From Eledone cirrhosa (taxonomy: Eukaryota), in the NCBI GenBank assembly GCA_964016885.1, contig OZ024746.1, positions 27,714,001-27,778,000 of the forward strand: a stretch of 64,000 nt of DNA, written 5' to 3'. Below, in pieces: positions 43,191 to 56,904 of this stretch. Below the pieces are notes generated by a model. It searched no databases and was not told the origin of the DNA. It saw nothing but the letters and a program-made list of their open reading frames with translations. Each line of letters begins with the position of its first letter. Within the stretch, counting starts at the first letter, position 1. A program made the position numbers and the translations under genes.

Positions 43191-43268
43191 TGTTGGGTCG
43201 TAACATATATTCGCGCTGTTTTCTTACTAAAACGTTTGATAACAAACGGCGGGAATTAATGTTACAAC

Positions 43269-43274
<6 letters not shown>
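43191..43274. mobile_element. 84-bp mariner-type mini-MITE in a (TA)n tract
   Basis: TGTTGGGTCGTAACATATATTCGCGCTGTTT ... AAACGGCGGGAATTAATGTTACAACACAATA form imperfect 31-bp TIRs with TA flanks. Confidence 0.65.
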
Positions 43275-43327
<53 letters not shown>

Positions 43328-43331
<4 letters not shown>

Positions 43332-43398
43332 AATGAAAAGGAGGTCTGATGGATGGGAAGCTGGTAGGTGAAGCAGTAGTAAGAATTATGAGGGAGAA

Positions 43399-43458
<60 letters not shown>

Positions 43459-43529
43459 TTCTCCCTCATAATTCTTACTACTGCCTCACCTACCAGCTTC
43501 CCATCCATCAGACCTCCTTTTCATTCTTT
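43328..43529. repeat. 73-bp inverted arms around a (TA)n spacer
   Basis: 43328-43400 is the reverse complement of 43457-43529 with one mismatch. Confidence 0.85.
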
Positions 43530-44048
43530 TGTATTCGAGTACTGACCTGATCTGTCCACTTCCCAACGTCTCTATAATATTAGTTCCATGGCGGTTGGTC
43601 GAACTAGCTTGTATTAATTTCTTTATTCCTATTACGGTTACGTACATACATTTGTGTGTTGCATTCGATTGTAAGACGTTTCCTGTCCCATATCGCTATC
43701 CAAATATTGTCTTGTCTTTTTATCCGACGTCAGTTCCTTTGTGATTTCTTGCTGAATAGATATCTTCCTTTATATACTATTGGTGTACTGTGGGTGAATA
43801 GTACTGTCTTTGGAAGCATTCAAATCTATACCCAGAGGATAGTCACAAGTGTGATATTGGTGGACGCGAGAACGAGTGCTCGAAACTAAAGTGGTAATTA
43901 ATAATATTCTTCATTGTACCTAAATGATGAGTATTCATACTCTGGAGTTTCACATGATGAAACTCCAAGATGATCTGATGAGTCCACAGGTCAAATATAA
44001 GAGTAAAAAAACTTAACACTTGGCATAACAAAGAACATTATATTTGAG

Positions 44049-44440
44049 AGGTGGTGGATTAGCAGTATCGGTAGAGGGTCGGACGCCATGCTTTCCAGCA
44101 TAGTTACGTCCCTTTACGATCTGAGTTCAAATCCCGCCGAGGTTGACTTTGCCTTTCATCCTTACGGGGTCGATAAAATAAAGTACCAGTAATGCACTGG
44201 GATAATTGCTGGCCTTGTGCCTAAAGTAGAAACAATTATATTTGAGAGGTGGTGAATTGGCAGTATCGGTAGAGGGTTGGACGCCATGCTTTGATGCATA
44301 GAGTTACGGCCCTTGTCATTCTGAGTTCAAATCCCGCCTAGGTTAACTTTGCCTTTCATCCTTACGGGGTCGATAAAATAAAGTACCAGTAATGCACTGG
44401 GTAAATTGCTGGCCTTGTGCCAAAAGTAGAAACAATTATA
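44049..44440 (+). mobile_element. Two tandem full-length tRNA-derived SINEs (Meta-SINE-like, ~198-bp period)
   Basis: Two diverged copies. ATTATATTTGAGAGGT occurs before, between and after them. Confidence 0.88.
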
Positions 44441-44705
44441 TTTGAGAGGTACAGAGTTCGATTATGTGTAGCATCTGCTGCCGACTATTTTAGTTCTATA
44501 GGTGTATTTTACCTGATTTTCTCAGCTATTATAAAAATTATAGTTGTATTCACAGTTCTGCGTTTGAGGTTCACTACATTATCTAAGAATATATACATAT
44601 ATATATATATATACATTATTTTTACATGTTATAAAGATCCTTTGTATATGTGACAGCTTTTCAAGCCCCTTTTTTTATCATTTACCTTATATATATATAT
44701 ATATG

Positions 44706-44806
<101 letters not shown>

Positions 44807-44857
44807 AAAAGAAAAGACGAAATATAGGTATATTTTAGTTTATTATTTCCTCGCATT

Positions 44858-44895
<38 letters not shown>

Positions 44896-44899
<4 letters not shown>

Positions 44900-45855
44900 A
44901 AAAGTTATGAAACGAAAGGAGCTGTGTGGTTACTAAAAACAAGGTTTAGGATGGTGGTTTGGACGGAACAGGAGGAGAGAGGAAGAATGGAGTTTCCATC
45001 GTCAGCTGCAAATGTTTCCCGAACTGATGTTTCGGCGCTGAATTACAGGACATCTGTGTAGTTCGGGTGCGTCCCAGGCCTTTTATTAATCAAAAGGCCA
45101 GGTGGAAAAGGAGAGAGAAACAGAGAAAAGGGGGGGGGGAGGAGGAAGAACAGGGGGGAAAAGATGAGGAGAGAGGAAGAAGGGGAAAAATAGGAAAGGA
45201 ATAGGAGAAAAAAAGTGTACAGGTCCCATCGTGGGAAGACACAGGTGAAAGAAACATGTAAAAAAGGTAACCGTGGAAAAATAGGGAAAGTAAGGTGTGG
45301 CCAACCTGGGAGACTTTAGCCTGGTGGTCAGCTACGACTCTGGTATAATCGTGCTGCCTCTCACATAGACAGGAGAAAGTGAGAGAGAGACACGGGCAAC
45401 CGAAAGTTAGGAGGAGAAGGGAAAGGGAGATAATCCAGAAGGGTTTTTTACGATGGTGGCAAAAAAGTGCCGCAAAGATTGCGGACAGAGAGGCCACCAC
45501 GGCACGTGTAAACCTGTCAACAATCAAAACCGAACGGATGGATAGAGAGAGAGGGGGAGAGAGAAAAAAACGAGAGTGAGGAGACGGGAAGAGAGAAGGG
45601 AGGGTCGATGCGAAAGTATGGAGGGTCACAGATCGATCAAAGCAGGTAGGGTCACAGCGGTAAATACAAAATGTTATGAAACGAAAGGAGCTGTGTGGTT
45701 ACTAAAAACAAGGTTTAGTATGGTGGTTAGGACGGAACAGGAGGAGAAAGGAAGAAAGGAGTTTCCATCGTCAGCTGTAAATGTTTCCCGAACCGATGTT
45801 TCGGCGCTGAATTACAGGACATCAGTGTAGTTCGGGTGCGCCCGAGGCCTTTTAT
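44896..45855. mobile_element. Non-coding element with ~190-bp terminal direct repeats (44896-45086, 45665-45855) in (TA)n
   Basis: Repeats are offset by 769 bp with about a dozen substitutions. The interior is purine-rich, and there are no TG..CA LTR ends. Confidence 0.75.
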
Positions 45856-46150
45856 ATATATATATATATATATTTAAATCAATCGACAACCAAAATTGGG
45901 TACTTCAAATCATTTGTCTTCATGTGTTTCAACGTCAATATTACCAGGTAACACTAAAGCACTATCAGAACATTAATTCAGGATTTAGAGGATGCAAGTC
46001 ACAAAGAAATACAAGAATCGATATGTAAAGAAATTGATTGAAGAGGATTTTTTAAAACGATTTTTAAAAAGATCTCGCCGTAGACCTCAGTGAAATATGT
46101 ATCATGAAAATATACCTAAATACAACTACACATGGCCTTCGATAAATTTA

Positions 46151-46206
<56 letters not shown>

Positions 46207-46673
46207 CTCTTTCTCTATCAAAAGAGAGAAAGAGGGAGAATGAATGAGTGAGAGAGAGGGAGGGAAAGCTTGACAAAGAGGTAGATAGAGGTTGAGGGAA
46301 ATGGAAAGCAATATATATATATAAGAATAACGACAATAAAAGGGACGGAAATACAGAAACAGGTAAACGGTAAAACGAAGAGAAAACATGGAAAAGGAAA
46401 CATGGTCGGATATCATTGCAGTCATCTCAGCTGTCCACCGAAATAAATTATTCTCTGTGTGATAGCGCCTTATCAAGATGGCTATAACTATTTAATTAGA
46501 AAGTTTAGCTGTCATTCTTCACATGAAGTAACATGCTATTGTCTGACAGAAGTTGGTGTTAGTTTTTACAGGAATCGCGAGAAAGTCAGTAATAATTTTC
46601 TAATGGGAGGGAAGTCTTGTGGTCAGATATAAGATTTAACATAACAATGCTAATAATAATACCACCACCACCA

Positions 46674-46674
46674 T

Positions 46675-46737
<63 letters not shown>

Positions 46738-46744
46738 CTACTAC
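46674..46744. repeat. (CTA)n microsatellite
   Basis: Direct reading. Confidence 0.95.
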
Positions 46745-49650
46745 AGGGGTAAGCAGGACTACGTAGCTTCCCACATGTCTCAATGTTGTGTAACAGTGGT
46801 CAGCAGGTATATATAGCTTCCCACATGTCTCAATGTTCTGTAACAGTGGTTAGCAGGGCTACATAGCTTCCCACATGTCTCAATATTCTGTAACAGTGGT
46901 TAGCAGGACTATATAGCTTCCCACATGTGACAATGTTGTGTAACAGTGGTTAGCAGGACTACATAGCTTCCCACATGTGACAATGTTGTGTAACAGTGGT
47001 TAGTAGGACTACATAGCTTCCCACATGTTGTATCCATGTTCTCTGTCAGTGGTTAGCAGGGCAAAATAGCTTCCCACATGTCTCAAAGTTGTGTAAAAGT
47101 GGTCAGCAGGGCTACATAGCTTCCCACATGTCTCAATGTTGTGTAACAGTGGTTAGCAGGGCTACATAGCTTCCCACATGTCTCAATGTTGTGTAACAGT
47201 GGTCAGCAGGGCTACATAGCTTCCTACATGTGTCAATGTTCTGTAACAGTGGTTAGCAGGGCTACATAGCTTCCCACATGTCTCAATGTTGTGTAACAGT
47301 GGTCAGCAGGGCTACATAGCTTCCCACATGTGTCAATGTTCTGTAACAGTGGTTAGCAGGGCTACACAGCTTCCCACATGTGACAATGTTGTGTAACAGT
47401 GGTTAGCAGGACTACATAGCTTCCCACATGTTGTATCCATGTTCTCTGTCAGTGGTTAGCAGGGCAAAATAGCTTCCCACATGTCTCAAAGTTGTGTAAA
47501 AGTGGTCAGCAGGGCTACATAGCTTCCCACATGTCTCAATGTTGTGTAACAGTGGTTAGCAGGGCTACATAGCTTCCCACATGTCTCAATGTTGTGTAAC
47601 AGTGGTCAGCAGGGCTACATAGCTTCCCACATGTGTCAATGTTCTGTAACAGTGGTTAGCAGGGCTACATAGCTTCCCACATGTCTCAATGTTGTGTAAC
47701 AGTGGTCAGCAGGGCTACATAGCTTCCCACATGTGTCAATGTTCTGTAACAGTGGTTAGCAGGGCTACATAGCTTCCCACATGTCTCAATGTTGTGTAAC
47801 ATTGGTTAGCAGGACTACATAGCTTCCCACATGTCTCAATGTTATGTAACAGTGGTCAGCAGGGATACATAGCTTCCCACATGTCTCAATGTTGTGTAAC
47901 AGTGGTTAGCAGGACTACATAACTTCCCACATGTCTCAATGTTGTGTAACAGTGGTTAGCAGAGCTACATAGCTTCCCACATGTCTCAATGTTGTGTAAC
48001 AGTGGTCAGCAGGGCTACATAGCTTCCCACATGTGTCAATGTTCTATAACAGTGGTTAGCAGGGCCACATAGCTTCCCACATGTCTCAATGTTGTGTAAC
48101 AGTGGTCAGCAGGGCTACATAGCTTCCCACATGTGTCAATGTTCTGTAACAATGGTTAGCAGGGCTACATAGCTTCCCACATGTCTCAATGTTGTGTAAC
48201 ATTGGTTAGCAGGACTACATAGCTTCCCACATGTCTCAATGTTGTGTAACAGTGGTCAGCAGGGATACATAGCTTCCCACATGTCTCAATGTTGTGTAAC
48301 AGTGGTTAGCAGGACTACATAACTTCCCACATGTCTCAATGTTGTGTAACAGTGGTCAGCAGGGCTACATAGCTTCCCACATGTGTCAATGTTCTGTAAC
48401 AGTGGTTAGCAGGGCTACATAGCTTCCCACATGTCTCAATGTTGTGTAACATTGGTTAGCAGGACTACATAGCTTCCCACATGTCGCAATGTTGTGTAAC
48501 AGTGGTTAGCAGGACTACATAGCTTCCCACATGTCTCAATGTTGTGTAACAGTGGTTAGCAGGACTGCATAGCTTCCTACATGTCTTAGTGTTCTGTAAC
48601 AGTGGTTAGCAGGACTACATAGCTTCCCATATGTCTTAATGTTCTGTAACAGTGGTTAGCAAGACTACATAGCTTCCCACATAGCTTCCCACATGTCTCA
48701 ATGTTGTGTAACAGTGGTTAGCAGGGCTACATAGCTTCACTCATGTCTCAATGTTGTGTAACAGTGGTTAGCAGGACTACATAGCTTCCCACATGTCTCA
48801 ATGTTGTGTAACATTGGTTAGCAGGACTACATAGCTTCCCACATGTCTCAATGCTGTGTAACATTGGTTAGCAGGACTACATAGCTTCCCACATGTCTCA
48901 ATGTTGTGTAACATTGGTTAGCAGGACTACATAGCTTCCCACATGTCTCAATGTTGTGTAACAGTGGTTAGCAGGACTACATAGCTTCCCACAGGTCTCA
49001 TTGTTGTGTAACATTGGTTAGCAGGACTACATAGCTTCTCACATGTCTCAATGTTGTGTAACAGTGGTTAGCAGGACTACATAGCTTCCCACATGTCTCA
49101 AAGTTCTGTAACAGTGGTTATCAGGGCCACATAGATTCCCACATGTCTAAATGTTGTGTAACAGTGGTTAGCAGGACTACATAGCTTTCCACATGTCTCA
49201 ATGTTGTGTAACAGTGGTTAGCAGGACTACATAGCTTCCCACATGTCTCAATATTCTGTCACAGTGGTTAGCAGGACTACATAGCTTCCCACATGTCTCA
49301 ATGTTGTGTAACAGTCGTTAGCAGGACTACATAGCTTCCCACATGTTGTATCCATGTTCTCTGTCAGTGGTTAGCAGGTCTACATAGCTCCCTACATTTT
49401 GCCTTATTGAACTGTAGCAGTGGATAACAGGTCTATATAGCTGCCCACATGTTGCCTAATAATTCTGTAGCAGTGAGTAGCAGATCAATATAGTTGCCCC
49501 CATGTTTTCCCATTGAACCGTAGCAATGGTTAGCAGGTTTACATAGCTCCCCACATGTTGGTTGCCTCATTGTTCCTTATCAGTAGATACCATGTTTTCA
49601 TAGTTACCGACATGTTGCCAAATTATTATTTACAGTGGTTAGCAGGTCGT
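46745..49650. repeat. 50-bp minisatellite, ~52 well-preserved units decaying at the 3' end
   Basis: Unit AGCTTCCCACATGTCTCAATGTTGTGTAACAGTGGTTAGCAGGACTACAT. Confidence 0.97.
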
Positions 49651-49759
49651 TGTAGTTGCTAACAAATGCTTTCATGTCCCGTGTAGGATTTGCCTGTGAT
49701 TTTTCTGTGGCCTCACATTTCTGTAAAGAAAATTATAATGATATCGTTCAGTTACGTTA

Positions 49760-49950
49760 CAGTATCTGATGGAATAGCCAAGACTATCCTCATAGGAATG
49801 GTTCAGGGAAAACAAAGGTAAGGACGACAGGCGAAAAGCAGTGCAAGAAAAGAAATGAACAAGTAATGACCTTAGAACAACTCAATCCCTGACTCCCTGT
49901 GGAAGAACGTATACACCACTCCACACTTCAGAAACACTCCTGTAGGGTCA
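49760..49950 (+). mobile_element. RTE-like LINE 3' remnant
   Basis: SDGIAKTILIGMVQGKQR*GRQ, cf. the RTE C-terminal motif GLAKTILQG.V.G.RRRGRQ. Confidence 0.6.
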
Positions 49951-52355
49951 TGAGGTCATTAGTAGTAGTAGCAGTAGTAAGTAATAATTACTGAAATATA
50001 GGCTTCTCTGCCTAATCCTTGGTTTAGCTTGTGAAGGTTCTCTTAAGTTTACTCCTAATTACGGTGGATATTTAGATCACGAGGAAGGCGTAAGAATATA
50101 AATTCAACTCATGATCCACATATAAGAAATGAAATGAAAGGTCAAATCGGTTAGTAATTTCATTAGATGCATTTTATGTTAATACAGCAAGAAAACAATT
50201 AACACAGAAATACGTGAAGGGTAAAATGTAATTTCCATTATTGATATCGAAATTAAATATTAATTTCTGAGCGATATTAATTCTTCCATGATGTGTCTTC
50301 CTCGATTAATATATAGAAGTCGTTTTGTCCCAAGAATACCAATTTCAAGCATTTTATAATTAAAAGTAATTAATTTTACTTTTGGCTAAATGCATATTTA
50401 AAAGCTTTTCCCCATACACAGAGAATATATTTAATTCACTTTGTATATCCGTTGAGATGAACACTATTTATTTCAATGCAATTCTGCCATTAGCAACAGA
50501 AATATATCCCGTTGCCGGTTGAATGACTTGATAATTGAAGCTGGATAATTAACAAGTTAGGAGTTCAAGACTCAAATAGAATATTGCCTGCTACAGGAAG
50601 ATTCCATCAGAGTTTGATAAACTATGTGTCTAGAGACTATTAGCATAATGATACATACTTCAGAAGTATTCGGTTGATTTCAGTACAAATAAAATGCAGA
50701 ACTGCTTATTAGAATAATAATTATCACTAGAGAATGTAAACACTACGAAGTTTATACCATTAATACATGTTCAGTTCCAATTAGGTGAGAGATAGACAGT
50801 TTTAGATATTTAATTTTGCTTAGATTTCTACGAAAGTGCTAATAATATTGTTATCTTTAGTATTTGGAAGTAACAATATTGCCATCTTTAGATCCTGGAT
50901 ATATTCCGACCCAATATCCTGATTTACTTTGCCAATGTATGTGTCATGACTCTGCAATCTTCAGTTTATGGATACCTGGTTAAATTCCAAAACAATATCT
51001 TGCTTAAGCCTGTCGATATGTGTGACCTGATGCCCCTCCTCATGTCTTCTCATTCAATACTGTGGATTCCACAGGTCTATCTGGATGTCGGGCATAATTT
51101 GCAGATAAACGGAGTTGGCATTTTCTGATATTCTCGCTGATTTATGGCAGGTCTACATATAAACACTCGTTTACCATGTGCTGCTACCAATTCACATCAA
51201 TGTCCCCAAGTTGTATCCTTATATAGTAACAACGTAAAAGCCCATATGTCACTGCTATATAAAGGCCTCAATTCAACAGTGGTTAGAAATAAACTTATAT
51301 ATGTACCTCTTGGCAATCTTGACTTTCAGAATTTCTGCAGCCTATGGAACGTTGTTCTCTGTCTGAACTTTTCTGGTTATGATAACGGTATCGGAGTTGC
51401 TCACCCCACCCTTGGTTATCTATTTAATATATAATCATCACCCACCCCCAGCCATTTACAATCTGTTGATAGATGAATCAGCAGCATCTATGCTGATTTT
51501 AGGTCTACTTGTCCAAGCTGGTTAGATGCTGGTTGGACAGAAGGGAATCTTATATCAGAATGCAAAGTATGGTAAGAGATGACGAAAGTATATTATCTGA
51601 CTTGTTACAAGCTCTAACAATTTTTCTAACCCAAGACCCTTCGATTGATATTTTATCTATTGATTCCGAAAGAACGATAACATCTGTACAAAGCCACCCA
51701 CTTATATTTTGAAGAGGATAGTTATATCGAATAAACATATATTTACAATATAATACAAATACATCGAAATGGTGTTTGATATTCTATATTTGATTCTCTA
51801 TCCAGCTGTAAGTTAGTTCCTAAGTTCCAAGTAGACTTGGGTTACATGGAATCGGTTTCTATTACTTTCACTTCCACATATTTCCTATCACACTTCTCAC
51901 ATCAAGCAAAATCGGTTATCTACTTCAAGCATATCTTTGCAATGGTTTCAGCCATATTCCACTCCTTCTAATGTAATCAAATCTCTCTTTCATTGGTTGC
52001 ACGAAACATTCTTACTATCGCTTTTATGATGCTTTATGTATTATATTTTGCGAAGGTGAAGATTCTACATATGCACGTATGTGTCTGTGTGTGTATGTAT
52101 GTATGTATGCGTGCGTTTGTGTGTGCGTATGTGTGAGTGTGTGTGAGTGTGTGTGAGTATGTGTGTGAGTATGTATAGACATATATATATATATAAATAT
52201 ATACATATATGTATATATGTATATATAAAGAGAGAGAGAGAGAGAGAGAGAAGGAGAGAGAGAGAGATAGAGAGATTGATAGGTAGAGAGCGAGAGAGAG
52301 CGCGAGAGAGCTACATGCATACACATACAGGTACATATATATATATATTTGTATA

Positions 52356-52522
<167 letters not shown>

Positions 52523-53639
52523 TTGCTTTATCGAAATATATGCGTGAATGAAATAATCAGCCGCCCCAAGATATTCTTGAAAATCAGTAACTAATGTGTT
52601 TCTGCTTCGATTCTTTCGTCTCTAAAAGTTGAATTCCAAATATAGAATTTATTTCATTTTTTTATTTTTTATTTAATATACGTTTTCATTTTGTTTATTT
52701 ATTTATTCATTTTTATTTTGCCTGTGTCAGTTTCCTTTATTTCTCGTTGAAGATGTTCTGAATTAATGCAATGACGTGTTCTGAATTAATAATATGGTGT
52801 TATTTAGAAACATTTGCCTCCTTTATCTCGATATTATATGTGGTGAAAACGAAGAAGCCATTTTTTTCTCATATTTTATCAAACCATTCTTTCATTTTGT
52901 ATATATATATTTTTTTACCTTTCTTCTTTCAGCTACGTATAATTTCTTAGACACAATATTTGCTCCGTATTCCCACTCCTACCAATGACACAAGATTATA
53001 TATGGGGGTATTCTTCAAATATCGTTGAGTATTGAATATATCGTGAGTAGGAAAAATGAAAATATATTTATAAGGTATCGTTATGAAACTAATATTTTAT
53101 GTATAGAAACTGATGCAATCAAGTAGTTGTGAATCGCTCCAAGACTATTAGATTACCGATATGGAAACACACAAAACTACAAACAGTTAGCTATAATATC
53201 TGAACAATGTATATGTTTATAGCATAAAATTATAGATAGATTTAACGGTATTCACCATTTACCTAACGATGAGATTATAAACCGCCTCTCTTCTCATTCT
53301 ATAGGTGCCTTTATCAATATGTGTTTGCTTTTTTTCTCTGCTGCGGAGAATATGAGAAATCTTTCCTATAGACAACATATTTGTTTTGTGTCTCTGTGTG
53401 TTTTCCTTTACAATTATTTAAAGTATTTTCAAATGTTGATGTAAGTACACAGAATAATACATTGTATTGAATTGTTTCTGTAGTAGCTGCTTGTATTTTG
53501 TGTGTTGCAAATAAGCTATATGGACGGGGATTATATAATTACCATGTAAAAGATGTAGTATATATTAGTATGGGTGTATGAGTGTATGTGTTGTGTGATG
53601 TATGCAATCTTCTGTGTGTGCATATATATATATATATAT

Positions 53640-53959
53640 AACGAAGGAAATGTTGTAAGGAACCAGATGGACCATAACGCACCAAAGTACTCAATACTTA
53701 GGGTAGTAGAGTAGGTAATAGGAACGAGTAGGACCCCGACGGCTGAGCTCAAACCGTTTCGACGGCTAATTCTGGACGAGTCCAGAATTAGCCGTCGAAT
53801 ATATAACGAAGGAGTTGTGGTAAGGAACCAGATGGACTATAACGCACAAGAGTACTCAATACTTAGGATAGTAGAGTGGGTAATAGGAAAATGTATGACC
53901 CCGACGGCAGAAATAGCCATCGAAACGGCTTGAGCTCTGCCGTCGGGGTCATACATTTT

Positions 53960-53963
<4 letters not shown>
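53640..53963 (-). mobile_element. Two adjacent fold-back copies of the 18947 family (53640-53798, 53805-53963)
   Basis: Reverse-complement matches to 18947-19130, each with its own short inversion. Confidence 0.85.
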
Positions 53964-54036
<73 letters not shown>

Positions 54037-54447
54037 GTGTGCGTCTGTACATAATGTATCTATCATTGTATAGAAATATATGAAAAGCGAAAAGTAGAGT
54101 TTTGATATCAAATGGTACCAACTCGTATCACCGACGTTATCACATACATCTTCAGGTTTATTTGATGTCATATAAAGTTTATTATCTATTAAATGATGAT
54201 AGCCCCACTAACTTAATTAAACAATGATGGAATATGAAGCAGTACTAAGCAGAGACGATTGAAACGGTCTAGCTCAGCCCCTTCGATGAAATTCGAACGC
54301 ATGCCGATTTTCGAATAGAACATTTTTTTTATTGACTGTCGAATTTTGCATAGTCTCAATTCTTGGAAGGTGCAATGTAGCGAATCAATTATAGTTAAAG
54401 TGGGAGGACGATACAAATACACACACACACACGCACGCACGCACACA

Positions 54448-54498
<51 letters not shown>

Positions 54499-54601
54499 TG
54501 TTATACTTGGGGAAGGTCATATTGTTATAATATTGCCAGAAATAATAACAGAACACACTCACTGTGTACGTGTGTGTTTGTGTTCCTATGTATGTGTGTA
54601 T

Positions 54602-55009
54602 GGGAGAGATGACCCCTTAGCCTTTGTCAAGGCAGAATTCTAGGAGAAGGAAAACTCTGATATAACACCTGCAGCCCTGATGGTATCCAATGATGTTGAC
54701 TTGTTCTTCTTTTTGGTAAATATCATCTTGGTTAAGAGAGTGGGACTGGCTTTGTGCAGTGCCTTTGCTCACTATAAAAGCTTCACGGCACAGGCATTGC
54801 TTTATATCTGGAGATCTCTCTACACTTGTCGTCACATGGTACCATGGGCCCAGCACTATGTGTCAATAATTGTCACAAGTGTAGTGTTTGTACCAGAGTT
54901 TTCAAGTCGCTGACTGGACTAAAAAGTCACACTCGTTCAGCGCATCGGTAGGGGTTCTCCTACAGGGATATAAAGTAGTGGCCGTACTCGAAAACGAGTT
55001 GGCAGCCAC
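54602..55009 (+). mobile_element. 5'-truncated copy of the RTE-like short element at 61991-62581
   Basis: Aligns closely to 62171-62581. Confidence 0.88.
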
Positions 55010-55241
55010 TATGTGCATGTATATATAGACAGTCAAACAATTTGAAGTTTAATTCAAATAATTCAATTTTTAAATCGAGCATTAAACTAAGATAGGATTC
55101 TTTGTAATATAACATTTATAGTTTCATCCACACTTTTGTTGTAGTCATGTATATTTGTATACATACATAGATACATAAAAACACATACGCCCACACAGAC
55201 ACACAGACACACAGACATACGCACACTATTATATATATATG

Positions 55242-55273
<32 letters not shown>

Positions 55274-55364
55274 TATACATACTCATCTTTTTCCATTTAT
55301 CTGAGGGTTCTAAACACCGTTATCAAGCTAAAATTCCTTTAGTTAAAAATATGGTGAAAGCTAT

Positions 55365-55426
<62 letters not shown>

Positions 55427-55473
55427 ATATATATATATAAACATATATAAATATGTAATCGAATAATACATAC

Positions 55474-55629
55474 CAGATCATTATCTCATCTTGACATTCT
55501 TGTGAGATGACAGTTGCTTCATTATTCCCTGTTGAAAAGAATTTCGCCGCATCTATGCCGGTTCGTGACTCTATGATTTCAATTGGTTTAGTCTGCACAC
55601 GTTGTGAATTCTCCATCGCAACAGGATTT
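55474..55629 (-). CDS. Candidate host exon (156 bp, symmetric phase 2), peptide NPVAMENSQRVQTKPIEIIESRTGIDAAKFFSTGNNEATVISQECQDEIMI
   Basis: Acceptor CTTTTCTTTTCTTAACAG| and donor TG|GTATGT, with an open frame, non-repetitive composition and an internal GCGATGG. No product is recognised. Confidence 0.45.
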
Positions 55630-55689
55630 CTGTTAAGAAAAGAAAAGCTTGAAAGTGACGGCGTGTGAATAATCAGATTATAATGAAGT

Positions 55690-56335
55690 AGAGTTAACTT
55701 CCGTTGCTTGTGTGAATGAGTGTTCCACTTGTTCACTCAACGAAACAGCCTATTCATGAAATTAACCTGCAAGAGGCTAACCATAATTCTCAGAGAAGAT
55801 TCCGGCTGAAACGGTGTATGACATATATTGGCCTTTTAATTACAGGTATATTTGATCTTGTATATAGGTGTAAGTTGTTGAATAGTTCACAAGGTCGTGT
55901 ACACTTAACATAATTCTCAGAGGGATTCCATGTGGTGACACATGTCACAAACATTGCTGATGACTCATTTTGTGACAAACATTGCACTTTTAATTTCAAG
56001 TACAGTCCACCTCATGTTATTGGGTCGTCAAATATGAAATTTGTAGGCATTTGTAGAAAAGGAAACAAATTTCTACAAATGTCATACTTGATGACCCAAT
56101 ACTATGTACCTGGCTGAGTATTCCATAGTAACGTAATTCTTAACGTAATTCTCACTGACATTCAGCGTGTCAGAGTGTGAAAGAAACGACTGCTTTAATT
56201 ACAGGCGGAATGAAGCTTGTAGTGTAATGTAAGTGGCTGAGTATTCCAGAGAAATACGTACCTTTCAGGTAATTCTTACCGAGATTCACCGAGATGTATG
56301 AAACAAGTTTAACACTTCAAATTACAAGTACACAC
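55690..56335. repeat. Cluster of decayed interspersed-repeat fragments (related pieces near 15020-15180 and 39455-39790)
   Basis: Recurring GGCTGAGTATTCCA...TAATTCTC...ATTCAGCGTG...TTTAATTACAGG blocks. Confidence 0.55.
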
Positions 56336-56904
56336 CATCCCACGGGATTCCAGCATATTTCACTCCTGCTTCGAATGAACTTCTATTGTGTTTAATACAA
56401 TTTGAAACCTTAAATGAAGATGATTATTTGTAATATAGGTTGTCATGACATCATGAAACCGTTTAATAATCCTCACAAATTTATCAGAACAACTGAATCC
56501 TATTTGTATTATCTAGAGAATATCGTTAGTGACAAGATCAAACAGATGATTTAGACATTTCAATATTACTCGCGGGATATCTCCATCATTTACTGTCTAA
56601 TGTTTCATGTTTACTGCGGAAACTACTTTGACTTTCAGGCAGATATTTATATCTATATATTATGGTAGTAAGATAAAGCCTTTACTATGAAAATACAATA
56701 GTAAATATAGAGTAATGTAAATGTTATGTGAGATATTATGTGCGGTAAAGCCTTTACTGTGAAAATACAATAGTATATATAGAGTAATGTAAATGTATAC
56801 ACTAAGCTTTAGATTTGGTAGAATGTACTACCACTGATTCCAACTACTTGCACATGATAGTGCACATACATAAATATGGAATGTTACGGGATGCTCCCCC
56901 CCCC

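Noticed and set aside
45090-45629. 179-aa hydrophobic ORF on the minus strand
   Set aside because: Low-complexity product of a pyrimidine-rich strand inside a repeat element, with no motifs.
46745-49650. Possible CRISPR array or coding repeat
   Set aside because: Units are contiguous with no unique spacers, the 50-bp period is not a multiple of 3, and the context is eukaryotic with no cas genes.
50880-52000. Possible decayed integrase or RT remnant (QPASN..GQVD)
   Set aside because: A single weak motif with many stops; cannot be supported by eye.
52933-53042. Plus-strand exon-like segment (pyrimidine tract-CAG ... GTGAGT); similar at 26165-26312
   Set aside because: Stops occur in all three frames between the splice-like sites. 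It could be non-coding, but there is no supporting evidence.
54617-54913. ORFs repeated at 54617-54913 and 62186-62494
   Set aside because: They are shared only because both lie in copies of the same young repeat; there are no protein motifs.
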